Positions 1-9,109 of a stretch of 64,000 nucleotides of DNA are shown piece after piece (positions within the stretch are counted from its first letter, which is position 1; each line of letters begins with the position of its first letter). The translations under genes were made by a program, and so were the position numbers. The DNA comes from Alphaproteobacteria bacterium. GTDB taxonomy: Bacteria; Pseudomonadota; Alphaproteobacteria; GCA-2731375. The stretch lies in assembly GCA_965232515.1 (NCBI GenBank), contig CBDDPY010000002.1, positions 3,392,001 to 3,456,000 of the forward strand. Direction: 5' to 3'. The notes below the pieces were generated by a model that saw only the letters and a list, made by a program, of their open reading frames with translations, searched no databases and had not been told where the DNA came from.

Positions 1-102
1 ACGTTCCAGGTGGAGTATTTCGGCGAGACCTACCCGGTCGCGGTGGCCGGCGTCGGATATGCGCCGCTTTACGACCCGGACAACCTGAAGCCACGCTCAT
101 AG
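1..102 (+). CDS. 3' end of a GcvT-family / dimethylglycine dehydrogenase-like protein (partial)
   Basis: Frame 1 reads TFQVEYFGETYPVAVAGVGYAPLYDPDNLKPRS*, the typical PLYDP.N.+.R. C-terminus of GcvT-domain oxidoreductases. Confidence 0.7.
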   Translation, partial: TFQVEYFGETYPVAVAGVGYAPLYDPDNLKPRS

Positions 103-236
103 CGCGCCGTCCCTGCCCGCGGCGCCCGCGAAGCCGGCCGCGGCGCGGAAACGACGCAACGGTTCCTGGCATAATGACCGCGGCGATTTCCGAGGTGAGC
201 ATCGCCACGTATCTATGATCCGCTCGAGGAGGCGGT

Positions 237-956
237 GTGCTGGAAGCGATCATCGAGATCCAGCGCGAGATCTATTTTGCGCTCGGCGGGCACATCGGCC
301 TTTTTGCCGAGGACGGCGACTGGACGACGCTCGCCGCCTTTCTGCCGCTCGGCGTCGTGTTCGGCGCCGTGCATGCCCTGACGCCGGGGCACAGCAAGGC
401 GGTGCTCGCCACCTATCTCGCCGGGTCGCCGACAGGTCTCAGCCGGGGCCTGCTCGTGTCCTTGGCGCTGTCCTTCACCCATGTCACGTCGGCCATCGTC
501 ATCGCGCTGCTGTCGCTGCCCCTGCTGACGCGCACGCTCGGCGGGGTCGGCGAGGCGCCGCTGCTGGAGGACCTGAGCCGCGGCCTGCTCGGTCTGATCG
601 GGCTGTGGATGCTGTTTCAGGCCATGCGCCACCGGCCGCATGCCGTCGATGCCAGGACCGGCGTCGCCGCGGGCGTGACGGCGGGTCTGATCCCCTGCCC
701 GCTGACGCTGTTCGTGATGACCTTCGCCATGGCGCGCGGGGTGCCGGAGGCGGGCCTCGCCTTCGCCGTGACCATGGTGGCGGGCGTGGCGCTGACGCTG
801 TCGGGCGTCGCCGTGGCAACCGTGCTGTTCCGGCAATCGGTGATCCGCCTCATTCAGGAACGGCCGGCGGTTCTCGAACGCGTTGTCCGTGGGGTACAGG
901 CGGCGGCGGGGCTGCTGCTCGTCGCCATCGCCATCGGCGAGCTCCTGTCGGGATGA
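237..956 (+). CDS. Nickel/cobalt transporter, RcnA/NicO-like
   Basis: HALTPGHSK and GLIPCP motifs; several hydrophobic helices. Confidence 0.8.
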   Translation: MLEAIIEIQREIYFALGGHIGLFAEDGDWTTLAAFLPLGVVFGAVHALTPGHSKAVLATYLAGSPTGLSRGLLVSLALSFTHVTSAIVIALLSLPLLTRTLGGVGEAPLLEDLSRGLLGLIGLWMLFQAMRHRPHAVDARTGVAAGVTAGLIPCPLTLFVMTFAMARGVPEAGLAFAVTMVAGVALTLSGVAVATVLFRQSVIRLIQERPAVLERVVRGVQAAAGLLLVAIAIGELLSG

Positions 957-1008
957 CAGCTTCCGGCGCAGCCGAATTTGGACGTGGGCGCGCCATGACC
1001 AAGCGTGC

Positions 1009-1899
1009 TCACGCCTTGCTCAGTTCCTCGGCCAGCAGGTCGTAGACGACGCGGATGCGGCGGCTGGTGTGGAGCTCGCGGTGGGTGACCAGCCAGATCG
1101 GCACCGGGATCGACACGACGTCGGGCAGAATGGGTTCGAGGCCGGGCATCTGGGCCGCATCGTATTTGAACAGGATGCCGATGCCGAGGCCCTGCTGCAT
1201 CAGCGCCAGCATCACGGTGCCGCTCTCGGTGAGGAGCTTGACGTTCCGCACGGTCAGCGACAGGCCGAACGGGTTCAGGACCGGCGGCAGCCGCTCGGGA
1301 TGCTCGAAGCCGATGAAGTCGGCGTCCGACAGGTCGGCCGGCGTGTCGGGCCGACCGTAGCGGTCGAGATAGTCGGGCGATGCGTAGAGGTGGGCGGTGG
1401 TCTCGCCGACCAGTTTGGCGATCAGGTCCGGCTGTTCGGGCCGCCCGTGCCGGATGGCGATATCGGCCTCGCGCCGGGTCAGGTCACGGACCTCGTTCAC
1501 GGCGAGAATGTCGATCTGGATGCCCGGCGCGATCGCACGCAGCCGTTTCAGCATGGCCGGCAGATGATATGTCGCCAGCATGTTGGTCGCGGTGATGCGG
1601 ACCAGGCCCTCGACGGCCTGCGACCGGCCGGACGCCGCCAGCGAAATGCGGCCGGCGGCATCGCCCATGGACCGGAAATGATCGAGCAGCGCGAGCCCGG
1701 CCTCGGTCAGCGCCAGCGAGCGGCCGACCCGCTCGAACAGCGTCACGCCGAGGTCGGCCTCAAGCGCCGCGACCTGCCGGCTGAGCGTCGGCTGGGTCTG
1801 GCCGAGGGCCCGGGCGGCCGCCGATAGCGAGCCCGCCTCGGCGGTGGCGAGGAAGGCCCGGGCCTGGTTCCAGTCGAAGGCGGCGATCACTCGATCCAT
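1009..1899 (-). CDS. LysR family transcriptional regulator
   Basis: N-terminal HTH (FLATAEAGSLSAAARALGQTQPTLSRQVAALE); start placed at MDRVIAAFDW. Confidence 0.92.
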   Translation of the reverse strand: MDRVIAAFDWNQARAFLATAEAGSLSAAARALGQTQPTLSRQVAALEADLGVTLFERVGRSLALTEAGLALLDHFRSMGDAAGRISLAASGRSQAVEGLVRITATNMLATYHLPAMLKRLRAIAPGIQIDILAVNEVRDLTRREADIAIRHGRPEQPDLIAKLVGETTAHLYASPDYLDRYGRPDTPADLSDADFIGFEHPERLPPVLNPFGLSLTVRNVKLLTESGTVMLALMQQGLGIGILFKYDAAQMPGLEPILPDVVSIPVPIWLVTHRELHTSRRIRVVYDLLAEELSKA

Positions 1900-1984
1900 G
1901 CATATTCGTATAACGAAAATCGAAATTTCGGCAATTTCTATTTGATCGATGCATGGATAGGTAGGCCGCGAAAGGAGCCACCCC

Positions 1985-2740
1985 ATGCATTCCCTTGGTC
2001 ACCCCGCCACGTCCGCCGTTGTCCGCGCCGAGGACGACACGATTCCCGTGCTGGCCCGCTGGATCGGCTCGTGGCAGATCTCGCTGCGGCGCCGACCGCT
2101 GAGCGCGGTCGAGCTTAGCCGCAACTACGACCGGGCCGCGCCGGACTGGGGCCGAACGATTGACCGGCTCGGCGTGCCGCATGCCTACGAGGCAATGCTC
2201 CGTCGCGTTCTGTCCGAGGACGCGCCGGTCGTTCGCAAGACGCGGCGTCGCGTCCTCGATTGCGGCGTCGGCACCGGCGCCCTTGCCTGCGCGCTTGCCC
2301 GCGTCCTGCCGGATCCGTTCAGGCTGGACGCCATCGACATCTCGCCGCGCATGCTGGCGCTGGCTCACGGCCAGTTCCGCGATCTCGGCATCGAGGCGAC
2401 ATTGCGGCAAGGCGACGTCTGCCGCCTGCCCTACGACAATGCCGCGTTCGATCTGGTGATCACCGGCCATGTGCTGGAACACCTCGCCGATCCGGGCGCG
2501 GCGCTCGCGGAGATGGTCCGGGTGTTGAAGCCGGGCGGCCGGCTGATCGCCTGCCTGACCCGCCGCAGCGCCCTCGGCATCTATGTGCAGCTGAAATGGC
2601 GCACGCACCGGGTGACCCCGGCCGAGGCCGAGCGCTGGCTCCGCGCCGCGGGCCTGCGCGATGTCGACTGCCCGCCGGTCGACGCCCATGCCGTCAGCCG
2701 GCAGCTCAGCCTTGCCTGCATCGGCCGGAAGCCGTTCTAA
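1985..2740 (+). CDS. Class I SAM-dependent methyltransferase
   Basis: VLDCGVGTG motif I, DIS, FDLV, RVLKPGG; AGGAG RBS upstream. Confidence 0.9.
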   Translation: MHSLGHPATSAVVRAEDDTIPVLARWIGSWQISLRRRPLSAVELSRNYDRAAPDWGRTIDRLGVPHAYEAMLRRVLSEDAPVVRKTRRRVLDCGVGTGALACALARVLPDPFRLDAIDISPRMLALAHGQFRDLGIEATLRQGDVCRLPYDNAAFDLVITGHVLEHLADPGAALAEMVRVLKPGGRLIACLTRRSALGIYVQLKWRTHRVTPAEAERWLRAAGLRDVDCPPVDAHAVSRQLSLACIGRKPF

Positions 2741-2762
2741 GATGTCTGCAACGGAGAAAAAC

Positions 2763-3386
2763 ATGCAGCCGGACATCCGCTTCTACGACCGCGTTGCCGA
2801 ACGCTATGCCAAGAAGCCGATCGCCGACCAAGACGCCTACCAGCGGAAGCTGCGGACCACGCGCCAATACCTGCGGTCCGATATGGAAGTCCTGGAGTTC
2901 GGCTGTGGCACCGGCGGGACCGCCATCGCGCATACGCCGTTCGTGAAGCACATCCTGGCGATCGATTTCTCGGCCGCGATGATCGACATCGCCCGGCGCA
3001 AGGCCGCAGCGGCCGATGTCAAGAACGTGACCTTCGAACAGGCCGACATCGACGACTTCCAGGCGCCCGACGGCAGTTTCGATGCGGTCATGGGCCACAG
3101 CGTCCTGCATCTGCTGGACGACAGGGACGCCACCATCGCCAAGGTGCATCGCCTGCTGAAGCCCGGCGGCGTATTCGTCAGCAGCACGACATGCGTGGGC
3201 GATACCATGAAGATCTTCAAGATCATCGGGCCCATCGGCCGGCGCCTGGGCCTGCTGCCCCTGCTCCGGGTCTTCACCACGACGGACCTGACGGACAGCC
3301 TGACCGCCGCCGGCTTCGCCATCGACCACCAATGGCAGCCGGCCCGCGGCAAGGCCGTGTTCATCGTCGCCAGGAAGGCGGCCTAG
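2763..3386 (+). CDS. Class I SAM-dependent methyltransferase
   Basis: VLEFGCGTG, DFS, FDAV, LLKPGG; GGAGA RBS before ATG 2763 (alternative start 2742). Confidence 0.9.
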   Translation: MQPDIRFYDRVAERYAKKPIADQDAYQRKLRTTRQYLRSDMEVLEFGCGTGGTAIAHTPFVKHILAIDFSAAMIDIARRKAAAADVKNVTFEQADIDDFQAPDGSFDAVMGHSVLHLLDDRDATIAKVHRLLKPGGVFVSSTTCVGDTMKIFKIIGPIGRRLGLLPLLRVFTTTDLTDSLTAAGFAIDHQWQPARGKAVFIVARKAA

Positions 3387-3405
3387 CCCTCGCCCTGTCG
3401 GCCGG

Positions 3406-4041
3406 CTACCGTTCCGGCGCGGTGAGGGCCGCGGCGCCAGGCGTCTGGTGCGCCTCGCGCAAGCGGCGCAGGTGGGCTTCGTAGAGCACAAAGCCGATTT
3501 GCCGGTCGACGGCGAAGAGCCAGGCGATCAGCCAGCCGGGAAAGCGCCGCCAGCGGGCGAGCCCGAGCGCGCGCAGGAAACCGTCCACGCCCTCCTCGCA
3601 GAGCGGCGAGGCATAGGCGTCGGCCACCGTCACCTCGTGGCGCACGCGCAGCCAGCGCAGGTCGCGCACGATCCGCCGAACCTCGGGCTTCAGGCGCTTC
3701 ATTTCCTGCCGCCGCCGCCAGGCGGTCAATGCCTCGTCCACGGCATCGGCCGGCCGCACGGCGCGGGCGTGATAGGGCCGCCGGTAGGCGGGGTTCCTGA
3801 CCAGCCAGATCAACCGCCCTTCGGTGGTGATCGCGCGCGTGGCGGTGATCTCCGTCCCCGGCGCCGTGTAGCAGTTCCGCGGATCGAGCCAGGTCGACAC
3901 CCAGTCCGCGCGCAGGAACTGAAGTCCGTCCGCGAGCCGGTCCAGGCAAACGGCCTGCCCCGTCACACCGGGCCGCACCGTCAACAGCCGCCGCTTCAGC
4001 ACCGCCGAAGGAATTTTTACGTAGTGTCGATACCGCGCCAT
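3406..4041 (-). CDS. Hypothetical Arg/Trp-rich protein
   Basis: Fills the gap between called genes; GGAG RBS before MARYRHYVK; no recognised motif. Confidence 0.65.
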   Translation of the reverse strand: MARYRHYVKIPSAVLKRRLLTVRPGVTGQAVCLDRLADGLQFLRADWVSTWLDPRNCYTAPGTEITATRAITTEGRLIWLVRNPAYRRPYHARAVRPADAVDEALTAWRRRQEMKRLKPEVRRIVRDLRWLRVRHEVTVADAYASPLCEEGVDGFLRALGLARWRRFPGWLIAWLFAVDRQIGFVLYEAHLRRLREAHQTPGAAALTAPER

Positions 4042-4307
4042 GCCTGCAACTCCGATTGTTCCGTCCCGCATGGCGCAGGTGCGGTTGGCCATGCCGTCGG
4101 GCCATCCTGTCCGCTGGCGGCAGCGCGCGAAATCCAACCTTCGCCGGCTTTATCCGATTTTGGCAGGAAAACCGGGGCGCATCGGAAGCAGCGAACCGGA
4201 TTCGCAGCAGACACCGCCGGCGGGGCAAGGCGCGGCGCGTTGCCGCTTTATCCGCGTCGTGCTACTGCATCGCAACATAGGTTGCTGCGCCGCGGTGGAG
4301 GGCACGG

Positions 4308-5522
4308 ATGCGCAGAATACTGTTGCGGACGGTCCTGCTCGTTCTGACGCTCGCGGGCACCGCCGAAGCGCAGCCGCTGCCCGAACTGACGCTCGCCCAA
4401 GACGCGACGACCGTATCGGGCCTGTCGAGCGGCGCCCACATGGCCGTGCAGATGCATGTGGCGTTTTCCGAGCGTATCGCCGGCGCCGGCGTCGTTGCCG
4501 GCGGGCCCTATTACTGCGCGCGCGGCGATGTGCTGACCGCGCTGAACCAGTGCATGCGGACGGCGCCGGGCGGCCCCGACGCGGCGGCCCTGCGGACGGC
4601 CGCGGAAGGCTTCGCGGCGGCCGGGCGGATCGATCCGTTGCGCGGCCTTGCCGGCGACCGGGTCTACCTGTTCAGCGGCAGCAAGGATCGGACGGTGCGG
4701 CGGCCGGCGATGGACGCGGCGCGGGACTTCTATCTCGCCGCCGGGGTCGCGGCGGCGGATATCCGATACGTGACGGACGTGCCGGCCGGCCATGCCTTCC
4801 TGGCGCCCGACGGCCCCAACGCCTGCGCGGCGACCCGGCCGCCCTTCGTCAACGATTGCGGCATCGACCAGGCCGGCGACATCTTGACCTGGCTGTACGG
4901 CGACCTGTCAGCGCCGGCGGCGGCCGAACCGGCGCGTCTGCGCGCCTTCGACCAAAGCGCCTTTCTCGCCGATCCGGAAGCGCACGGCATGGCCGCGACC
5001 GGGTTCGTCTATGTGCCGGCGGCCTGCGAGGCCGGCGAGACCTGCCGGCTGCACATCGCCTTTCACGGCTGCGAACAGACGCCGGACCGGATCGGCGACC
5101 TCTACGCGCGGACGACGGGCTATAACGGCTGGGCGGAAGCCAACGATATCGTCGTGCTGTATCCGCAGGCGCAGATCATACCTTCGCCGCTCACCAATCC
5201 GTTCGGCGGCAACCCGAAGGGCTGCTGGGACTGGTGGGGCTATGACGACGCCGTCTATTACGCGCGCGAGGGCCGGCAGATGGCGGCGGTCGCCAAGATG
5301 GCGGCGCGGCTCGGCGCACCGGTCGGCGCCGTTGGCGACGATCGGTTCTGCGCCCGCCACCAAGCCGCCAACTGGACCCACTGGCTGGAAGACCGGGTCA
5401 CGTTCTGCGGCTTCTACTGGGTCTGCGCGGTCGGCTCGGGCGACGCGGTCGGGTCCGTCTATGCGCCGTCGACGCTGTTCGAGAGCCCCGAGGGCGTCTT
5501 CTCGACCACCTCGTGCGAGTAG
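4308..5522 (+). CDS. phaZ: Secreted poly(3-hydroxybutyrate) depolymerase-like esterase (type 2 catalytic domain) with a short C-terminal binding-like domain
   Basis: Signal peptide; N-terminal lipase box SGLSSGA; AGGPYYCA, HGC.Q, LYPQ and NPKGCWDWWGY motifs. Confidence 0.82.
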   Translation: MRRILLRTVLLVLTLAGTAEAQPLPELTLAQDATTVSGLSSGAHMAVQMHVAFSERIAGAGVVAGGPYYCARGDVLTALNQCMRTAPGGPDAAALRTAAEGFAAAGRIDPLRGLAGDRVYLFSGSKDRTVRRPAMDAARDFYLAAGVAAADIRYVTDVPAGHAFLAPDGPNACAATRPPFVNDCGIDQAGDILTWLYGDLSAPAAAEPARLRAFDQSAFLADPEAHGMAATGFVYVPAACEAGETCRLHIAFHGCEQTPDRIGDLYARTTGYNGWAEANDIVVLYPQAQIIPSPLTNPFGGNPKGCWDWWGYDDAVYYAREGRQMAAVAKMAARLGAPVGAVGDDRFCARHQAANWTHWLEDRVTFCGFYWVCAVGSGDAVGSVYAPSTLFESPEGVFSTTSCE

Positions 5523-5548
5523 CGCCAGCGCCGAACGTCCGGGCGCGC

Positions 5549-5998
5549 TCACTGCCCTTCGAAGTGGAAAACGATCTCCCGCGGCCGGGGCGTGCGCCGG
5601 TTTTCGAACATGAAGATGCCCTGGTAGCGGCCGAGCAGCAGTTCGCCGTCGGCGATGGGAACGGCCAGGTGCGTCTGGGTCAGCGCGCCCTTGATATGAG
5701 CCGGCATGTCGTCAGGGCCTTCGGCGTCATGGCGATAATGGGTCGCGCCTTCCGGCGCCTGCGCGGCGAAGAAATCCTCGAGATCGCGCAACACGTCGGA
5801 GTCCACGTTTTCCTGGATGAGCAGCGAGGCCGAGGTATGGCGCATAAAGAGCGTCAACAGCCCCGCCGCCAAGGCATTCGCGTCGATCCAATTCCGGACA
5901 TCACCAGTGATCTCGAACAGGCCCTGACGCGGCGCCGTCACGGTGTGACGCGCCTGGACGAACTTTTTCACGGAGAGCGGCGTGGCTATGGCATCCAT
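5549..5998 (-). CDS. yjbQ: YjbQ/UPF0047 family protein
   Basis: HTSASLLIQEN, YRHDAEGPDDMPAHIK, LGRYQGIFMFE.R motifs. Confidence 0.9.
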   Translation of the reverse strand: MDAIATPLSVKKFVQARHTVTAPRQGLFEITGDVRNWIDANALAAGLLTLFMRHTSASLLIQENVDSDVLRDLEDFFAAQAPEGATHYRHDAEGPDDMPAHIKGALTQTHLAVPIADGELLLGRYQGIFMFENRRTPRPREIVFHFEGQ

Positions 5999-6009
5999 AA
6001 CGATCCTTT

Positions 6010-6339
6010 CTAGTAGCGCGGCATGTCCGGCGCGATCAGCCGGGACCAGGCGTCGATCCCGCCGGCCAGGTTCCAGGCATTGTCGAAGCCGTTGTCGCGT
6101 AGAAACGCCGTGACCATGGCGCTGCGCACCCCGTGATGGCAGACCACGACCAGCGGCCGGGCGCGGGGCAGCGTTTCGATCTGTCGCGGCACCTGCTGCA
6201 TGGGAATGGTGACACTGCCGTCGATGACGCAAATCGCCACCTCGGCCGGTTCGCGAATATCGAGCACGGTGTGGGCGGCGCCGTCGGCACGCATCCCGGC
6301 CAGGATCTGAACGTCGATATCGTGGTCTGGGCGTTGCAT
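6010..6339 (-). CDS. Single-domain rhodanese/sulfurtransferase
   Basis: LDIREPAE, VCHHGVRS active loop, NLAGGIDAW. Confidence 0.9.
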   Translation of the reverse strand: MQRPDHDIDVQILAGMRADGAAHTVLDIREPAEVAICVIDGSVTIPMQQVPRQIETLPRARPLVVVCHHGVRSAMVTAFLRDNGFDNAWNLAGGIDAWSRLIAPDMPRY

Positions 6340-6390
6340 GCGGTGCGCCCCGCCTAGGCGCAAGCGCACGAGATGCGCACGCCCACAAGC

Positions 6391-6633
6391 CTAGCCCGCG
6401 TCGGAAAACACGCAGTCCGGCGGATCGGCCTCGCGCCGGCCGAGACGCGGGTCGTAGCGAAACAGCGTCGCGCAGTAGGAACAGCGGATCGTGTCCGCCG
6501 CGCCCATCTCGAGAAAGATATGCGGATGGTCGTGGGGCGTGGATGCGCCGGCGCACTTGAATTCCTTGACGCCGATGCGGATCTCCGGAATGCCCCGATC
6601 GTTCTTGAACTTCGCATAGCCGTCACCCGCCAT
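6391..6633 (-). CDS. zf-CHCC zinc-finger protein
   Basis: C.GASTPHDHPHIFLEMG and CSYCATLF motifs (C-H-CxxC). Confidence 0.85.
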   Translation of the reverse strand: MAGDGYAKFKNDRGIPEIRIGVKEFKCAGASTPHDHPHIFLEMGAADTIRCSYCATLFRYDPRLGRREADPPDCVFSDAG

Positions 6634-6835
6634 CGCGTCTCGCCAGCTCACGCTCGATGAGCGCGATTTCGGTGAACTGCTGATCCAGCGAACGGTCGCT
6701 CAGCCGGCCGCCGTCGATCAGCCCGCGGAGTTCCGCGCGCTTCGTTTCGAGCTCGCCGCGCGTGAATCCGGCCCAGGCGTTCGCCACCGGCGTCGGCGCG
6801 GACCGTTGCCGGCGCGCGGGCGGTCGTTGCGTCAT
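6623..6835 (-). CDS. Small hypothetical protein (70 aa, helical)
   Basis: ATG overlaps the nfuA stop (ATGA) and the stop overlaps the zf-CHCC start; MTQRPPARR...ELETKRAELRGLIDGGRLSDRSLDQQFTEIALIERELARRDGG. Confidence 0.55.
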   Translation of the reverse strand: MTQRPPARRQRSAPTPVANAWAGFTRGELETKRAELRGLIDGGRLSDRSLDQQFTEIALIERELARRDGG

Positions 6836-7386
6836 GCCGGCCGCACCTCGACGACTTCGGGGATGTAGTGGCGCAGCATGTTCTCGATCCCCGCCTTCAG
6901 GGTCGCCGTCGAACTGGGGCAGCCGGCGCAGGAGCCCTGCATGTGCAGGTAGACGACGCCCTGCTCGAAGCCGTGAAACAGGATGTCGCCGCCGTCCTGG
7001 GCCACGGCCGGCCGGACGCGCGTGTCCAGAAGCTCCTTGATCTGGACGACGATCTCGTCGTCCTCGTCGGCGCCGGCATGCGCCGACACCGCACCGCCGC
7101 CGCCGCTGAACAGCGGCGCGCCGGACGTGAAGTGCTCCATGATCAGACCCAGGATCGAGGGCTTGAGCCGGGCCCAATCGCGATCGTCGGACTTCGTCAC
7201 GGTGATGAAGTCGGCCCCGAAGAACACGCCGGCGACGCCGTCGATCTCGTAGAGACCGGCCGCCAGCGGCGAGACCGCCGCATCCTCGCGCGTCGGAAAG
7301 TTGGCCGTGCCGCCGGGCATCACCGCCTGGCCCGGCAGGAACTTGAGCGTCGCCGGATTGGGGGTCGCTTCGGTTTGAATGAACAT
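6832..7386 (-). CDS. nfuA: Nfu-type Fe-S cluster carrier
   Basis: MFIQTEATPNPATLKFLPG start; RVRPAVAQDGGDI and GSCAGCPSS CxxC motifs. Confidence 0.95.
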   Translation of the reverse strand: MFIQTEATPNPATLKFLPGQAVMPGGTANFPTREDAAVSPLAAGLYEIDGVAGVFFGADFITVTKSDDRDWARLKPSILGLIMEHFTSGAPLFSGGGGAVSAHAGADEDDEIVVQIKELLDTRVRPAVAQDGGDILFHGFEQGVVYLHMQGSCAGCPSSTATLKAGIENMLRHYIPEVVEVRPA

Positions 7387-7431
7387 CCTTTGGATCTCCT
7401 GCTTCGACCGGTCCTGCGCCGTCGGTCCGGG

Positions 7432-7830
7432 TCAGGCGGCGCGATCCGCTTCCGGACCGTCCGGCGGACGCCGCCAGAATTCGACCGCCGCGGCGAATGC
7501 CGCGGCATGAAACGCCGACGCCCCGGTGTCCGAGCCGTCGTCGGTAAAGCGGCCGAGCCGCTGCGCGGCATCGAAGAAGCCCGGCGCCGGCAACCCCCCG
7601 CGGGCCTTGCTGACGACCAGCGCGGCAATGAACGGATGGCCGTTCGCCGCGTCATCCCGCATCGACTGTTCGAGCGCCGACGTGACCCGGTGGATCGTCA
7701 GCGGCGGCGCGAGCGCCAGGGCCTGGACCAGTGCCTGATAGGTAATCGGGGCGGCCGCCGCGGCGACGTTCCGCAGATGCGTCCGTACCCGCCGGGCCAA
7801 TGCCCGCGTTGCCGCCGCGGAATCCGGCAT
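7432..7830 (-). CDS. Hypothetical protein, possible winged-helix-like fold
   Basis: ATG 2 nt after the MarR stop; PITYQAL and PFIAALVVSKARGGLPAPGFF segments. Confidence 0.7.
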   Translation of the reverse strand: MPDSAAATRALARRVRTHLRNVAAAAAPITYQALVQALALAPPLTIHRVTSALEQSMRDDAANGHPFIAALVVSKARGGLPAPGFFDAAQRLGRFTDDGSDTGASAFHAAAFAAAVEFWRRPPDGPEADRAA

Positions 7831-7832
7831 CG

Positions 7833-8435
7833 CTACGCCGTGCCGACGCCGGTCGGTCGCGGCGGCGCCGTGCCGTCGGCCGCGAAGTTGATGCAGAGCT
7901 CGTCCAGTTCCGCCGCGAGCAGCGGTTCGTTCATAAAGCCGCAGGCATAGGTCGCCGGCCCGGCGCGACAGCAGCCGTCGCCTTCGAAATGCACGCAGTT
8001 TTCGCAAGTGCCGAACAGCGGCCTGTCCGTCTCGGCGGCGACGCGGCCAAGCATGCGCTGAAGGACCTGGGCAAAGTTGCCGCGCAGGCCGGGCGGCAGC
8101 GCGTCGGCCGCCCGCACCAGGGCCTCGATGGGATCGTCGGCGATCATGTCCCGGGCCCTGTCGGTCAGGTCCAGCCGCACGCTTCGGCCATCGGATTCGG
8201 ACCGGCTCTGCCGCAGGAAACCCTGCGCGACCAGGCTCTTGATCGCCTGGGAGGCGGTGCCGCGCGTGGTGCCGTGAAAGGCCGCGAACGCCGAGGGCGT
8301 GCGGGAAAAGCGGTTGGCGCGGGCGAAATACCTCAAAACGGCCCACTGGCCCGGCGTCAGACCGCCGACCAGGCCCTCGCCCGACGCGATCCGTCCGAGA
8401 TGCAGGATCAGCTCGGCGATGACTCGGCTGTCCAT
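7833..8435 (-). CDS. MarR family regulator with a Cys-rich C-terminal tail
   Basis: LTPGQWAVLRY, TASQAIKSL, DGRSVRLDLT wHTH; tail CENCVHF...CC...C...C. Confidence 0.88.
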   Translation of the reverse strand: MDSRVIAELILHLGRIASGEGLVGGLTPGQWAVLRYFARANRFSRTPSAFAAFHGTTRGTASQAIKSLVAQGFLRQSRSESDGRSVRLDLTDRARDMIADDPIEALVRAADALPPGLRGNFAQVLQRMLGRVAAETDRPLFGTCENCVHFEGDGCCRAGPATYACGFMNEPLLAAELDELCINFAADGTAPPRPTGVGTA

Positions 8436-8482
8436 GTGGCGCTCCCTCTGCCCGTCCTATCCACGCAAGATAGTAGCGCTTT

Positions 8483-8532
8483 CAAACTAACTTGACAAGA
8501 TTATGATTTCGATTTCATACTAAATTAGTTTG
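8483..8532 (+). promoter_or_regulatory. Probable sigma70 promoter for Rrf2-grxD-fdxA, bracketed by an inverted repeat
   Basis: TTGACA at 8492-8497 and CATACT at 8516-8521; CAAACTAA (8483-8490) and TTAGTTTG (8525-8532) form an inverted repeat in an AT-rich spacer. Confidence 0.55.
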
Positions 8533-8575
8533 GTTTCGCTATCAGTTTGGCGATAGCAGCAAAGGGTGATACGAC

Positions 8576-9091
8576 ATGCAAATCAGCCCCAGCGCCTATA
8601 TGGGCGTCGAAACGCTGGTCCGTCTGGCGTCGCAGAACGCGGACAAACCCTGCACGACCCGTGGCCTTGCCGAATGGATCAATCGTTCGGTCTCGTATAC
8701 GGAGGGCCTGATGGCGCGGTTGCGCGACGCCGGCCTTGTCGTCGCCCGACATGGCCCCGGCGGCGGCTATCTGCTGGCCAGACCCGCCGATCGGATCACC
8801 GTGGCGGAAATCCTGCAGGCCGTCGACGCGCCGGCAAGCCCGTCCGAGCGGCCCCTGAATGCGACGACGCTGGAAGCGGTCGAGATCCACAATTTGCACG
8901 GCACCGACTTTCTCTGGGCAGCGCTGAAGAGCAACGTCCTGCTGTTCCTGAACCGCGTCTCGCTGGCCGAGCTCGCGCCGGAGACGGCCGCGCTGGTCAA
9001 CGATCGCCAGCCCGACGGCGCGCCGTCTTCCGCGGCGGACGGGCGCAGGACGGCGCCGCGCCGGCCGGATTCCGAACACCCATCCGCATGA
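8576..9091 (+). CDS. Rrf2 family transcriptional regulator lacking the IscR-type Cys ligands
   Basis: SVSYTEGLMARLRDAGLV and GPGGGYLLARPADRITVAEILQAVD motifs. Confidence 0.9.
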   Translation: MQISPSAYMGVETLVRLASQNADKPCTTRGLAEWINRSVSYTEGLMARLRDAGLVVARHGPGGGYLLARPADRITVAEILQAVDAPASPSERPLNATTLEAVEIHNLHGTDFLWAALKSNVLLFLNRVSLAELAPETAALVNDRQPDGAPSSAADGRRTAPRRPDSEHPSA

Positions 9092-9109
9092 TCACGGGAG
9101 ATGCGCTGA

